A program made the translations under genes and the position numbers. Positions 54,502 through 64,000 of a DNA stretch of 64,000 bases are shown here, piece after piece. The notes beneath the pieces were generated by a model that ran no database searches, was not told where the DNA came from, and worked only from the letters and a program-made list of their open reading frames with translations. Source of the stretch: Candidatus Termititenax aidoneus (GTDB lineage: Bacteria; Margulisbacteria; Termititenacia; Termititenacales; Termititenacaceae); contig BGZN01000004.1 in the NCBI GenBank assembly GCA_003864455.1, positions 3,125-67,124 of the forward strand, written 5' to 3'. The first letter of the stretch is position 1, and each line of letters starts with the position of its first letter.

Positions 54502-55329
54502 CTAAATTCGCGTTCTGCGGCCGGCGTTAATGTCTTTGCGCATTTTGCTCAAAATCTTTTTCTTGTAAGCCACGAGTTCGCCCGGACTCATTTTAGATGT
54601 GTCCGCCGAGATCACCGAATGTCCTTGCACAGGCGCGGCGGATTGTCCCAGCACAGTGCCTTTTTGTTGTTTTTCCAGTTCCTCGCTCAAAAGATTAACC
54701 GTTTGAGCGATCTCCGTTTGCTCGGTCATAAAAGTATCTTTGGCCAGCAGCTCGCCGGTCTCCGGAGCATTGAGCACAATCGCCTGACGCAAGGCCTCCT
54801 GCCGTTTCCGTTCGGCTTCCTGCATCTGCGCCAGAGCCAGCGCGCGTTTTTGCGTCTGCAATTCCTCGGCATTGTCTTTTAGCAAATCTTTTAATTCAGA
54901 AACGCTGCTGAGCTTGCGCTCTCCGCCGGCGCGTTTGTGCTCCGGCATCAGCATAGTCAACAAATCCTCTTTTTTGTCATCAGCGTTGCTGTATTTCAGC
55001 AACTCGGCGTAAATCGAACCCTGCATTTTGGCCTCGCGCAAAAGCTTGTCCACATAGCGGCTGATCTGCAGCGGATTGTCCAGACCGACAAAATACCTGA
55101 ATTTCTTTTCGTCAATCGTGCCGTCCAGATAGCCGGTCAGCAAAAAGTTCAAAAGAAAATCATAATACTGTTCCTGCGAACCGCCGCTCAGCAGAAAATC
55201 ATAAAATTCACCGGAATCCATTTCGTAAAAAGGCTTGGCCGGCGGCTCGCCGGGCACTTTGTTTAAGACTTCCCGCAGCTGCACAAAACGCTGCACGCGC
55301 GCCAGAAATTTTTTAATAAAACCCAACAT
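54502..55329 (-). CDS. hypothetical protein
   Basis: 275-aa ORF; Glu/Lys-rich coiled-coil C-terminal half. Confidence 0.35.
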   Translation of the reverse strand: MLGFIKKFLARVQRFVQLREVLNKVPGEPPAKPFYEMDSGEFYDFLLSGGSQEQYYDFLLNFLLTGYLDGTIDEKKFRYFVGLDNPLQISRYVDKLLREAKMQGSIYAELLKYSNADDKKEDLLTMLMPEHKRAGGERKLSSVSELKDLLKDNAEELQTQKRALALAQMQEAERKRQEALRQAIVLNAPETGELLAKDTFMTEQTEIAQTVNLLSEELEKQQKGTVLGQSAAPVQGHSVISADTSKMSPGELVAYKKKILSKMRKDINAGRRTRI

Positions 55330-55332
55330 AAC

Positions 55333-56625
55333 TTATTTCAACACCCGTTTAAAAATTTTCCGCACATTGCGGATCGTGTATTGATAATCAAATAAATCCA
55401 GCAGTTCTTTTTTCGTAATCCACTGCAATACTTCCGGATCACCCGTGATGTTGTCGCGGAAAGAACCGTCCTCGTCCCGCGCTCGCAAAGCATTGCGCTG
55501 CACCAATTTGTAAGCCCGCTCGCGCGTCAGTCCCTTGCCGACCAGAGCCAGTAAAACGCGCTGGGAAAAAATTATGCCGCCGCAGGCGTCCATGTTCCTG
55601 GCCATGCGCCGCGGATAAATCTCCATGCCGGCCAAAACTTTTTGCGCCAGCGAAAACATATAGTCCAGTAAGATACAGCCGTCGCCAAAAATAATTCGCT
55701 CCGCGCCGGAGTGCGAAATATCGCGCTCATGCCAGAGCGCCACATTTTCCAGAGCCGTAACCGCATAGCCGCGCAAAACCCGCGCCAGGCCGGTAATGCG
55801 CTCGCAAATAATCGGGTTGCGCTTGTGCGGCATCGCAGAAGAGCCTTTTTGTCCTTTGCCAAAAGGCTCGGCGGCCTCGGCGGTGTCGGTCTTTTGCAGC
55901 AGGCGGATTTCCACGGCGATTTTTTCCAGCGTCGCGCCAATAACCGCCAGTGTGGTCATAAACTCCGCATGACGGTCGCGCTGCACCACCTGCGTCGCCA
56001 CAGAGCACGGCATCAAATGCAGTTTTTTACAAACATATTTTTCGACAAAGGGATCGATATTGGCATAAGTGCCGACCGCGCCGGATAATTTGCCGACGGA
56101 AATATTTTTCCTGGCCTGCGCCAGACGCTGTTTGTTGCGCCGCATCTCCTCATACCAGAGCAGGAGCTTCAGGCCAAAGGTCGTCGGTTCGGCATGAATG
56201 CCGTGCGTGCGGCCGATCATAATCGTGTCTTTATATTTCAAGGCCTGTTTTTTTAAGACGGCCAGCAAAACGTCTACATCTTTTTCTAAAATTTCCGCCG
56301 ACTGCTTGAGCAGCAGGCAGGCCGCCGTGTCGCCGATGTCCGAGGAAGTCAGTCCCAAATGCACAAAACGCGAGGACGGACCGACATTTTCCGCCACATT
56401 GGTCAAGAAAGCGATGACATCGTGATTAGTTTCTTTTTCGATTTCCTCGATACGTTTAACGTCAAAACGCGCTTTAGCTTTGATGATCTGCAAATCTTTT
56501 TTGGAAATCAAACCTAGTTTTTGATTGGCCTCGCAAGCCGCTAGCTCAATATCCAGCCATTTGCGAAATTTATTTTCCGGCTCCCAAACAGCCTGCATTG
56601 CGGGCAAAGAATAACGGTCGAGCAT
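55333..56625 (-). CDS. purB: adenylosuccinate lyase
   Basis: Fumarate-lyase signature GSSAMPHKRNP and the PurB N- and C-terminal regions. Confidence 0.9.
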   Translation of the reverse strand: MLDRYSLPAMQAVWEPENKFRKWLDIELAACEANQKLGLISKKDLQIIKAKARFDVKRIEEIEKETNHDVIAFLTNVAENVGPSSRFVHLGLTSSDIGDTAACLLLKQSAEILEKDVDVLLAVLKKQALKYKDTIMIGRTHGIHAEPTTFGLKLLLWYEEMRRNKQRLAQARKNISVGKLSGAVGTYANIDPFVEKYVCKKLHLMPCSVATQVVQRDRHAEFMTTLAVIGATLEKIAVEIRLLQKTDTAEAAEPFGKGQKGSSAMPHKRNPIICERITGLARVLRGYAVTALENVALWHERDISHSGAERIIFGDGCILLDYMFSLAQKVLAGMEIYPRRMARNMDACGGIIFSQRVLLALVGKGLTRERAYKLVQRNALRARDEDGSFRDNITGDPEVLQWITKKELLDLFDYQYTIRNVRKIFKRVLK

Positions 56626-56681
56626 TGAATAACCCCTTATTTATTATAACATGCCGTTTCGACAGCGTCAGGATTGAGCTT

Positions 56682-57632
56682 TCATGCTCCCTTTAATAAT
56701 TTCAACGCCGCTGGTATCTGCACCAGAATATCGCCAGCGATAAGTCCGTCCAGCGAATAAACCTGCGCGGCCAAATTGCCGGCCAGACCGTGCACATAAG
56801 GCGCACACACCGCCGCGCGCAGAGCCGTCATGCCGCGCGTGGATACCCACAGTCCGGCGGTAATCCCGGCCAATACATCTCCGCTGCCGGCCGTGGCCAT
56901 GCCAGGATTGCCGTTAATATTTAAAAAATATTTTTGCTGATCCCGCGCGATATAAGTTTGGTCAGCATTTTTTAGGACAACCACCGCGTTATATTTTTGA
57001 GCAGCTTTGCCGGCCGCAATAAAAGGATGCCTCCTGACCGCGGCGGAAGACCAGCGCAGCATTTTGCCCAGCTCGCCGGCATGCGGCGTGGCTATCAAGC
57101 GCATTCTGGCACGGCCGCGCGGCAGGTCTGCCAGTATCTTTAAAGCGTCGGCATCCAGTACCACGCGCAGTCCCGGCCGGTAATTCTTGATGTATTGAAA
57201 CAAATCTTTACTAAACGCTTTGGTCTGGCGGCGCAAAGACAGCCCCGGCCCGGCCAAGATGCAATCATAATCGCCCAAACGCGGCCGTAAAACTTTCAAA
57301 GCGCCGGCTGTCAACGCGCCATTGGCGCTGGGCAAAGGCAGAGTCATTATTTCCGGAATCTGCACATCGATCAGGTCGGCCAATTCTTGAGGCGCCGCCA
57401 GAGTTACCAAACCAGCGCCGCTGCGCAAAGCCGCTCTAGCCGCCAGCAAAGCCGCGCCGGTCATACCGCGTGAGCCGGCAATCACCAGCACATGTCCGGC
57501 GGAATACTTATGTGTCTGACGAAAACGCGGCGGCAGCAGCGCGGCGATGTCAGCCTGTCCCAAAATTATCTGCTTGGCCTGCTTAACGCGCCGCATATAA
57601 ACACCCGCAATATTTTTGGCGGTAAAGTCCAA
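56682..57632 (-). CDS. nnrD: ADP-dependent NAD(P)H-hydrate dehydratase (YjeF C-terminal domain)
   Basis: HKYSAGHVLVIAGSRGMTGAALLAARAALRSGAGLV...GSGDVLAG. Confidence 0.8.
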   Translation of the reverse strand: MDFTAKNIAGVYMRRVKQAKQIILGQADIAALLPPRFRQTHKYSAGHVLVIAGSRGMTGAALLAARAALRSGAGLVTLAAPQELADLIDVQIPEIMTLPLPSANGALTAGALKVLRPRLGDYDCILAGPGLSLRRQTKAFSKDLFQYIKNYRPGLRVVLDADALKILADLPRGRARMRLIATPHAGELGKMLRWSSAAVRRHPFIAAGKAAQKYNAVVVLKNADQTYIARDQQKYFLNINGNPGMATAGSGDVLAGITAGLWVSTRGMTALRAAVCAPYVHGLAGNLAAQVYSLDGLIAGDILVQIPAALKLLKGA

Positions 57633-58104
57633 GCTCTTGAGCTAATTGCCTGCTGCGCGGATATAAATCACGAAAATTAAAATTTAAAAAATTTCCGCCG
57701 CGCCGCCGCGCGGCTTCCTGGCCGGCCAGAGTTATTTGCGCAAAATTTTTATGCGGCGAAATGGACAAAGTCGTCGCAAAACCAATGTACCCGCCGGACT
57801 GCGCCGCGGTATAAGAGAGCCGATAATTAAAACAAATCTGGCAGCGCGCGCCGCCTTCCGGTTCGGCGGCTAAGTCTTTGGTTAGACCCAGCCATTCCTG
57901 CGGCGCGTAAGGCGGCGCCAGCAGTTCAAAAGCAAAACGTTCCTGCAATTTGGCAAACTGCGCCAAACGTTCTTGATACTCCGCCTCCGGCTGAATATTG
58001 GGGTTGAAAAACAAAAGTGTCAATTCATAATCCGGCGCCAGTTTTTCCAGCGCCGCAGAACTGCAAGGCGCGCAGCAAGCCTGCAGCAGCAGCTTACCCT
58101 TCAT
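57583..58104 (-). CDS. queH: epoxyqueuosine reductase QueH (DUF208)
   Basis: LLLQACCAPCS...CQICF...CGC are the conserved Cys motifs of QueH. Start set at MKGKLLL. Confidence 0.7.
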   Translation of the reverse strand: MKGKLLLQACCAPCSSAALEKLAPDYELTLLFFNPNIQPEAEYQERLAQFAKLQERFAFELLAPPYAPQEWLGLTKDLAAEPEGGARCQICFNYRLSYTAAQSGGYIGFATTLSISPHKNFAQITLAGQEAARRRGGNFLNFNFRDLYPRSRQLAQELGLYRQKYCGCLYAAR

Positions 58105-59176
58105 CTTCTTCTTGCTGACGCAGGGCGCTGATCCGCATACGCACAAAATCCGAATTTTTGTAACCGGCTTCCAGTGCTTTTTGATAGTACTGGATCGCCT
58201 GCGCGCGCAAACTTAAATTGTCACAGGCGCTGGCCAAATAATATTGATAATCGGCACTCTTGCTGTTGGCCGCGGCGCGCGGCTCCAGCACGGACAGTAT
58301 GCCTTGAAAATCGCGGCCAAGCAAAGCGTTCTCCGCAAACTGCACGTACAACCCCTCTTCACGGCCGCCCGCGGCAATCGCCTTGCGCAAATTATCCGCC
58401 GCATTACTGTGATTTTCCAGGCCGGCATAAGCCTGCCCCAGATATTTGTATATGTCCGGCGCCGGCGTATACAAAACTCCCGCCCGCTGCAGGCCGTCAT
58501 TTATCAGCGTTAAGCCGGTCTGCCATTCTCTTTTTTTGACCTTTAACTCGCCCTGCTTGAGAAACAGCTCCACTTCCTGGCAGCCGGCGTCAAGCGCTTT
58601 CTGAAAATAATTTTCCGCCTCGCTAAAATTATCTAAATTATAATAACCCCAGCCGACATAATAAGCATAAGGATTATTAGTCCTAGGATCGTCCTCATCA
58701 AGCGTGCCTATAAAAAAATCCACAATTTCTTGATTTCTGTTTTGCTGCGTCAAAATAGAGATTATCTTTTGCGAAGCTGAACTTCTCTCCTTGGGAAATT
58801 TCCGAAATAACTGGCGGCAAACAGTCAGGGCCGTTTCCAGGTCGCCGCGCGCCTCAAAATAACCGACAATATTTTCGCCCATTTCATAACTCAAGTCCGG
58901 CTTGTCCAACGTCAGCAAATAGGCTTTGGCAGCCAAACGATGCCGCCTAAATCCGATATACGCCGCGCCCAGGTAATAATAATTGCGCGCGCTTTCGCGG
59001 GAAATCACAGCCTCGCGGGAAAGCTCCAGCAGACGCGGATAATCCTCCCGTTCGAGAATATCCGCCAGCGGATCATAAGCAGCAACAGCAGCCCAGAGCA
59101 GGCTAATTAAAACAAGAATTTTGCGCACGAAACTCCCCTTACAATAAAGTATACACCACTCGTTCTTTTCCACCAA
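58094..59176 (-). CDS. secreted TPR-repeat protein
   Basis: Signal peptide plus several TPR-like helical pairs (YYYLGAAY, YKYLGQAY, YQYYLASAC...). Confidence 0.5.
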   Translation of the reverse strand: MVEKNEWCILYCKGSFVRKILVLISLLWAAVAAYDPLADILEREDYPRLLELSREAVISRESARNYYYLGAAYIGFRRHRLAAKAYLLTLDKPDLSYEMGENIVGYFEARGDLETALTVCRQLFRKFPKERSSASQKIISILTQQNRNQEIVDFFIGTLDEDDPRTNNPYAYYVGWGYYNLDNFSEAENYFQKALDAGCQEVELFLKQGELKVKKREWQTGLTLINDGLQRAGVLYTPAPDIYKYLGQAYAGLENHSNAADNLRKAIAAGGREEGLYVQFAENALLGRDFQGILSVLEPRAAANSKSADYQYYLASACDNLSLRAQAIQYYQKALEAGYKNSDFVRMRISALRQQEEDEG

Positions 59177-59987
59177 GGTCTCGGACTATTTGCGCCGGAA
59201 TTTGAAAACGGTCTTGCAGCAGTTTGGCCACCGCACCGGCCTGCCTATGCCCGACCTCAAAAAAAACACCTTTTAAGTCTGACACCGCGCCGCTTTGCGC
59301 CAAAATTTTCTGGTAAAACTCCAGCCCGTCATTTTGCGCCAGCAAAGCCAGCCGCGGCTCATGCTCCCGTACTTCCGGCTCCAGAGCGGCGTATTCTGCC
59401 GGGGAAATATACGGCGGATTGGAGACCAAAAAAACGCCGCGCACCGGAGGGATATTAACGCCGGCCAGCAAATCCGCGCAAATAAATTCTATTTTATCCA
59501 CCGCTTGATGCGCGGCGGCGTTGGCTTTGGCCACGGCCAGGGCTTCCGGCGAAATATCCAGCGCCAGAACTTTTTTGCCGCGTTTGGCAAAAGTGACCGC
59601 CAAAATCCCTGAGCCGGCGCCGATGTCCACAATTAACTCTGCCTGGTCGAGATAGCGTAAGACTGTTTCCGCCAAAATCTCCGTGTCATAACGCGGAATC
59701 AAAGTGTGAAGTGAAACTTTGAACTTCTCACTCATAAACCAAGCCTCGCCGGTGATGTACTGCAAAGGCTCGCGGCTGGCACGGCGCAAAAGCAGTTTTT
59801 TGTACGCCGCGCGCTCAGTTGTAGTCAAAGGCTGGTCAAAACGCAGATACAAATCAAGGCGCTGACAGCCTAAAACAAAAGCCAGCAAACATTCAGCGCC
59901 ATGCTTGGCGGCAGCCACACCTTTTTCCCGTAAAAATTTTTCCGACCATTTAAGGATACTTAAAATCGTCCAGATTTCCGTGGACAT
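59139..59987 (-). CDS. prmC: release factor glutamine N5-methyltransferase
   Basis: SAM-binding motif VDIGAGSG and catalytic NPPY (LVSNPPYI). Immediately downstream of prfA. Confidence 0.8.
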   Translation of the reverse strand: MSTEIWTILSILKWSEKFLREKGVAAAKHGAECLLAFVLGCQRLDLYLRFDQPLTTTERAAYKKLLLRRASREPLQYITGEAWFMSEKFKVSLHTLIPRYDTEILAETVLRYLDQAELIVDIGAGSGILAVTFAKRGKKVLALDISPEALAVAKANAAAHQAVDKIEFICADLLAGVNIPPVRGVFLVSNPPYISPAEYAALEPEVREHEPRLALLAQNDGLEFYQKILAQSGAVSDLKGVFFEVGHRQAGAVAKLLQDRFQIPAQIVRDLGGKERVVYTLL

Positions 59988-61061
59988 TTACGCCGCCTGC
60001 AGTTTGGCGATGCGGTCAGCCTGGATCAAAGCGTTGGTGATTTCGGACAGATCGCCGCCTTTGACTATCGCGTCCAAATTGTAAAGCGTCAGGCCGATGC
60101 GGTGATCGGTGATGCGGTTTTGCGGATAATTGTAGGTGCGGACTTTTTCCGAGCGGTCGCCAGAGCCGACCTGCATTTTGCGCAAATCCTTTTCTTTTTG
60201 CTGGCGTTCCCGCGCCTGCATCTCGTAAATCCGGCTGCGCAAAACCCGCATGGCGCTGTCGCGGTTGGCGTGCTGCGAGCGGCCGTCCTGACAGGAAACC
60301 ACCACGCCGGTCGGCAAATGCGTGATGCGCACGGCGGAATCGGTTTTATTGATATGCTGGCCGCCGGCGCCGCTGGAGCGGTATGTGTCGATTTTCAAAT
60401 CGGCCGGATTTATTTCGATGTCCACATCTTCGACTTCCGGCATGATCGCCACAGTCGCCGCCGAAGTATGCACGCGCCCCTGCGCTTCCGTCTCCGGCAC
60501 GCGCTGCACGCGGTGCACGCCGGACTCGTATTTCATTTTGCCGTAAATGCCTTCACCGCCGATCTCCACAATGACCTCTTTAAATCCGCCCTGCTCGGCC
60601 TCGGTCAAAGAAATCACCTGAAAACGCCAACCGTTGCGCTCGGCGTAACGCCGGTACATCGAAAAAAGATCCGAAGCAAACAGCGCGGCTTCTTCGCCGC
60701 CCGTCCCCTGCCGTATTTCCAAAATCGCGTTTTTATTGTCATCGGGGTCTTTGGGCACTAATAAAAACTTTAATTCCTCTTCCAGCACGGCCAGCCGTTC
60801 TGCGCTGGTTTTCCATTCCGATTCGGCCAGCTCGCGTATTTCTTTGTCCGCCGCGGCGTCGTCCATAATCGACCGCGCGTCGTCCACAGCTTGACGTGTT
60901 TTTTTATACTCCTGATATTTTTCGACAATGTCTTTCATCTCGGCCTGGGCGCGCATCAACTCGCGGTAACGCTTCAAGTCCGCGGTTATCTGCGGGTCAT
61001 ACAAAGCCAGCTCATTGTCGCGGTAACGCTTGACGATCTCCTCGATCTTGTCCAGCATCAT
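59988..61061 (-). CDS. prfA: peptide chain release factor 1
   Basis: GGQ motif SSGAGGQHINKTDSAV and the PxT-region context. Start set at MMLDKIEE. Confidence 0.9.
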   Translation of the reverse strand: MMLDKIEEIVKRYRDNELALYDPQITADLKRYRELMRAQAEMKDIVEKYQEYKKTRQAVDDARSIMDDAAADKEIRELAESEWKTSAERLAVLEEELKFLLVPKDPDDNKNAILEIRQGTGGEEAALFASDLFSMYRRYAERNGWRFQVISLTEAEQGGFKEVIVEIGGEGIYGKMKYESGVHRVQRVPETEAQGRVHTSAATVAIMPEVEDVDIEINPADLKIDTYRSSGAGGQHINKTDSAVRITHLPTGVVVSCQDGRSQHANRDSAMRVLRSRIYEMQARERQQKEKDLRKMQVGSGDRSEKVRTYNYPQNRITDHRIGLTLYNLDAIVKGGDLSEITNALIQADRIAKLQAA

Positions 61062-61954
61062 TCTATCCCTTTGGCGGCTTCCAGCGCCGCGATCGCCGCC
61101 GCGACCATTTGCGCGTCCGGCTGGCGCGTGGTCAAATACTGCAAAAGCAAGCCCGGCCCCAGAATAATATTCGTCAAAAATTTCGGCAGGCGGCAAACCA
61201 AACGCACTAGCTCATAACTCAAGCCGGCCACGACCGGCAGCATCAGCAATTTGATCAGCAGACGGGAAAGCAGCGCCGTGCGGCCAAAAAGCGCCAGAAC
61301 AATTATAGAGACGACAAAAACCACAAGCAAAAACGAAGTGCCGCAGCGCGGATGCAGCGTGGAATATTTTTGCACGTTTTCCACCGTTAATTTTTCACCA
61401 GCCTCGTAAGCGTGCACGGTTTTGTGTTCCGCGCCGTGAAAACCAAAAACGCGCGCCATGTCCCGTGAAAAACCGACAACCAGCAAAAAAATAATAAAAA
61501 TTAAAATGCGCGCCGAGCCTTCCAGTAGATTTAAAAGCAGCACATTGCTAAAAACATTTTGCAGGCGCGCGAAAAAAAAGGCCGGCAAAAAAATGAACAG
61601 GCCGAAAGTCAGTAAAAAAGAAAACGCCAATGAGACCGGCATTTCGTATTTAGATTGTTTGGCCGATTCCTCCGACATGGCCACGCGCAGAGAAAAATCC
61701 AGCGCTTTGACGCCGAGATTCAGCATTTCTATAAGATTGAAAAAACCGCGTAGAAAAACCCAGCCTAAAAACGGGAATTTCTTTTTCCAGGGCGTGTATT
61801 CCTGGCGTTCCACGACCAAGCGGCCGTGCGGCGCGTAAACGGCATAGCCCAAAGCCTGGCTGCCTTTCATCATGACGCCTTCGATCAGGGCCTGACCGCC
61901 CAGCAATTCTTTACCTGACATTTTTCTCCTCCGGCAAATATTCCAGACAAACAA
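61058..61954 (-). CDS. DUF1385 (YqhQ-like) membrane protein
   Basis: LLGGQALIEGVMMKG...HGAEHK is the DUF1385 pattern. Conserved position upstream of prfA-prmC. Confidence 0.65.
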   Translation of the reverse strand: MFVWNICRRRKMSGKELLGGQALIEGVMMKGSQALGYAVYAPHGRLVVERQEYTPWKKKFPFLGWVFLRGFFNLIEMLNLGVKALDFSLRVAMSEESAKQSKYEMPVSLAFSFLLTFGLFIFLPAFFFARLQNVFSNVLLLNLLEGSARILIFIIFLLVVGFSRDMARVFGFHGAEHKTVHAYEAGEKLTVENVQKYSTLHPRCGTSFLLVVFVVSIIVLALFGRTALLSRLLIKLLMLPVVAGLSYELVRLVCRLPKFLTNIILGPGLLLQYLTTRQPDAQMVAAAIAALEAAKGIE

Positions 61955-62567
61955 TCTGCGGCTCGTTTTTAAAATCCTGCCGCTGGAAACGCAGAATATT
62001 TTTTGGTTCAGGAATTATAATATCTTTTTGCAGAGCGATAAACTCCGCCAGACCGCAGGCCGGACGCGGATTGTGCAGCGTGCGGTACAGCATCGGCAGC
62101 GCGTACTTATAAGATATCTGGCGCAAAACCTGCGCGGCCGTCTGCGGAGACCAAATCTCTCCGCCGCCGCTCGGAAAAAACAAAACATCAACCGTTCCGA
62201 TTTGTGCCAGCAGTTCCTGATCCGGCACAGAGCCGAGCGCGCCCAAATGACAAAAATGCACCGCCTGCATATCCCAGCAAAAAATCGTGCCGGCGCTGTG
62301 CGGCTGGCCGGGTGTTTGTACCGGAATGCCGCGGATTTTGACCCAATTTAACTCGCGGTAGCCAGCACCTTGAATGACCGCCGGCTGGCCGCCGACCGCC
62401 TCGGCACAATTATGCTCGGCGTGATTGCGTGAAATCAAAACAATATCCGCCGCGACCTCCGGCAAAACATAACCGAGAAAACCGCTGTAAGGATCGGTCA
62501 AAACCCGCAGTCCATCGTCTGCTGAAATCAAAAAACAGGCATGGCCAAGATATTTAATCTCCAGCAT
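61911..62567 (-). CDS. MBL-fold metallo-hydrolase
   Basis: LEIKYLGHACFLI...HxHxDH-like HAEHN. Confidence 0.65.
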   Translation of the reverse strand: MLEIKYLGHACFLISADDGLRVLTDPYSGFLGYVLPEVAADIVLISRNHAEHNCAEAVGGQPAVIQGAGYRELNWVKIRGIPVQTPGQPHSAGTIFCWDMQAVHFCHLGALGSVPDQELLAQIGTVDVLFFPSGGGEIWSPQTAAQVLRQISYKYALPMLYRTLHNPRPACGLAEFIALQKDIIIPEPKNILRFQRQDFKNEPQIVCLEYLPEEKNVR

Positions 62568-62572
62568 AAAAC

Positions 62573-63028
62573 TTAAAGGTGCTTACTACCGCCGGTAGAA
62601 CCAAAGCCGCCAGAGCCGCGCGCGGAATCCGGAAGTTCAGAAACAAATTTTAACTCCGCTCTGGCCACCGGCGCGATGACCATTTGAGCGATGCGCTCGC
62701 CGCGCCGCACGGTAAAAGGCTCACGGCCAAAATTAGTCAGGATCACGCCGACTTCGCCGCGATAATCCGCGTCAATAGTGCCCGGGCTGTTCAGCACACC
62801 GATATTTTTTTTGAGCGCCAGACCGGAGCGCGGCCGTACCTGCGCTTCATAGCCGGCCGGCAAAGCCATTTGAAAACCGGTCGGGATCAATTTCGTCTCA
62901 CCGGCCGTCAAAACAACCGGCTCGGTTACCGCGGCGTAAATATCCAAACCCGCCGCCTGCTCGGTCATGTACTGCATGGCCGGCAGGTCGTCTGTACCAG
63001 GGAGTTTTTTGATGAGAACTTCCAACAT
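62573..63028 (-). CDS. dut: dUTP diphosphatase
   Basis: [23 protein letters not shown] and RIAQMVI are the dUTPase motifs. Confidence 0.85.
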   Translation of the reverse strand: MLEVLIKKLPGTDDLPAMQYMTEQAAGLDIYAAVTEPVVLTAGETKLIPTGFQMALPAGYEAQVRPRSGLALKKNIGVLNSPGTIDADYRGEVGVILTNFGREPFTVRRGERIAQMVIAPVARAELKFVSELPDSARGSGGFGSTGGSKHL

Positions 63029-63106
63029 AGCGCTAGATTAACATTTTGTTTTAAGCGCGGCAAATATCTTTGCCGCGCTTTAACTACACTCCACAGAAAT
63101 TAGACA

Positions 63107-63982
63107 CTAGCTATGGACAAGCAGTTCCACCTGCTCCATAATTTTTCGCCAGTATTTTCTGGTCTGGACAGAATGATTATTAAAATCCAGGCGCAAAGTT
63201 CTTATTTTTTCCGGCGCCGGATTGTCCAAGAATAAACTCAACATTGAAAGCACGCCGGAAATATTAACGTATTGTTCATGAGTGGTTTTAGGGTTTTTTA
63301 TCATTTCACCGAACATTTCCTCGATAGCTTTATAATTATCTTCCAAAACCAGACAAAAAGCCGCAAATTTATTTTCTAAATACTGTATCTGCAATTCTTT
63401 TAACACATTCACTAATTCGCGGCATTTTTCTATATTCGCCGGTTCGGCGGCGGCCTCCAAATAGGCGTCCTGCAATAATTTGTAATCCGTGTCCGTTATC
63501 CAGCCCTCATATTCCTGCACAATATCCAGAGCGTCCGCTATCGAGTGAAGCGCGGCGTTTTCATTATGAACTTCCTGTACCGGCGGCGTTCTGCGCCGAT
63601 TGGGTTTCGGCATGGCAAAATTGGTTTTGCTTTGTATAGACCGCAATAAATCCTGAACACTTTTATACAAAATATACTCCACCGCTTGCTGATTTTCCTC
63701 CGGCGTGAAGCTCTGGTCAAAATAGGTTTTGCGGTGTTTTGGCGTATTATCCGGCGCGTTAAATCCGTCCGGATTGAAGCCGTTGGTCTGGTCTGTCTGA
63801 AAATAGCCCTCTAAAATAGCCGTGCCCTGCCGCAAAAAATCTTTATAATAAATTATTTCACGCGGCTTCTGCGCCAGCGGAGTTAGTTGTTCACCTGTGG
63901 CGGAGCGAATATCGAGATGGCGGCTCTCATTACCTCTTCTTCTCTCAAACAAGGCTTTTATTTTATCTATCCGTTCACGCAA
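63107..63982 (-). CDS. hypothetical protein
   Basis: 291-aa ORF; no recognizable motif. Confidence 0.35.
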   Translation of the reverse strand: MRERIDKIKALFERRRGNESRHLDIRSATGEQLTPLAQKPREIIYYKDFLRQGTAILEGYFQTDQTNGFNPDGFNAPDNTPKHRKTYFDQSFTPEENQQAVEYILYKSVQDLLRSIQSKTNFAMPKPNRRRTPPVQEVHNENAALHSIADALDIVQEYEGWITDTDYKLLQDAYLEAAAEPANIEKCRELVNVLKELQIQYLENKFAAFCLVLEDNYKAIEEMFGEMIKNPKTTHEQYVNISGVLSMLSLFLDNPAPEKIRTLRLDFNNHSVQTRKYWRKIMEQVELLVHS

Positions 63983-64000
63983 AGGATCAGCAGGGGATTT

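Overview
This 64-kb window comes from a diderm (Gram-negative-type) bacterium with roughly 50% GC. It mixes housekeeping loci with several accessory regions; the accessory regions are the part most worth a second look.

Housekeeping genes I could support from the sequence:
- A partial EamA/DMT transporter, an OprP-like porin and pstS.
- A JAMM/MPN protein followed by gcvH, gcvPA and gcvPB, with no gcvT.
- A divergent P1B-like P-type ATPase.
- accA, accD and rpsT.
- A SIMPL-domain protein, a response regulator and a glycosyltransferase cluster.
- An LptC/OstA-like protein and pgeF.
- plsC, gltX, a radical-SAM CofG-like gene and VapBC and YoeB/RelB toxin-antitoxin pairs.
- A TrmH-family methyltransferase, ispF, apbE and valS.
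- purB, nnrD, queH, prmC, prfA, a DUF1385 protein, an MBL-fold hydrolase and dut.
- Three tRNAs: Thr-CGT, Leu-CAA and Leu-TAG.

Accessory regions:
1. A defense and toxin-antitoxin island at about 12.4-25.7 kb, AT-rich in parts. It holds a zeta-like P-loop protein with a small upstream ORF, a Fur-family regulator, an AbiEi gene with a truncated AbiEii-like gene, and an 8.4-kb cassette. The cassette carries hsdM, hsdS, an RloC/PrrC-like anticodon-nuclease candidate and a frameshifted hsdR. Near-perfect 122-bp inverted repeats bracket it precisely, and it sits directly next to tRNA-Leu(CAA).
2. A 0.5-kb remnant delimited by a duplicated tRNA-Thr 3' segment, followed by a 520-bp tandem-repeat array. 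Every unit in that array carries the first 11 nt of the tRNA and a terminator-like hairpin.
3. Two copies of a roughly 430-bp intergenic element (35.2 kb and 43.4 kb) with nested inverted repeats and a 10-nt poly-C tract in a promoter-like spacer. They sit upstream of a 761-aa protein with no N-terminal signal peptide and a central hydrophobic segment, and upstream of a 111-aa protein. This looks like a shared phase-variable control module.
4. A locus next to tRNA-Leu(TAG) with an XRE regulator and two large repeat proteins built from a recurring KYP(S/T)C-x-AV module. The second protein carries in-frame 21-bp tandem repeats and ends in an FGE-sulfatase (SUMF1)-like domain.

No CRISPR array, rRNA gene or integrase gene was found in the window.
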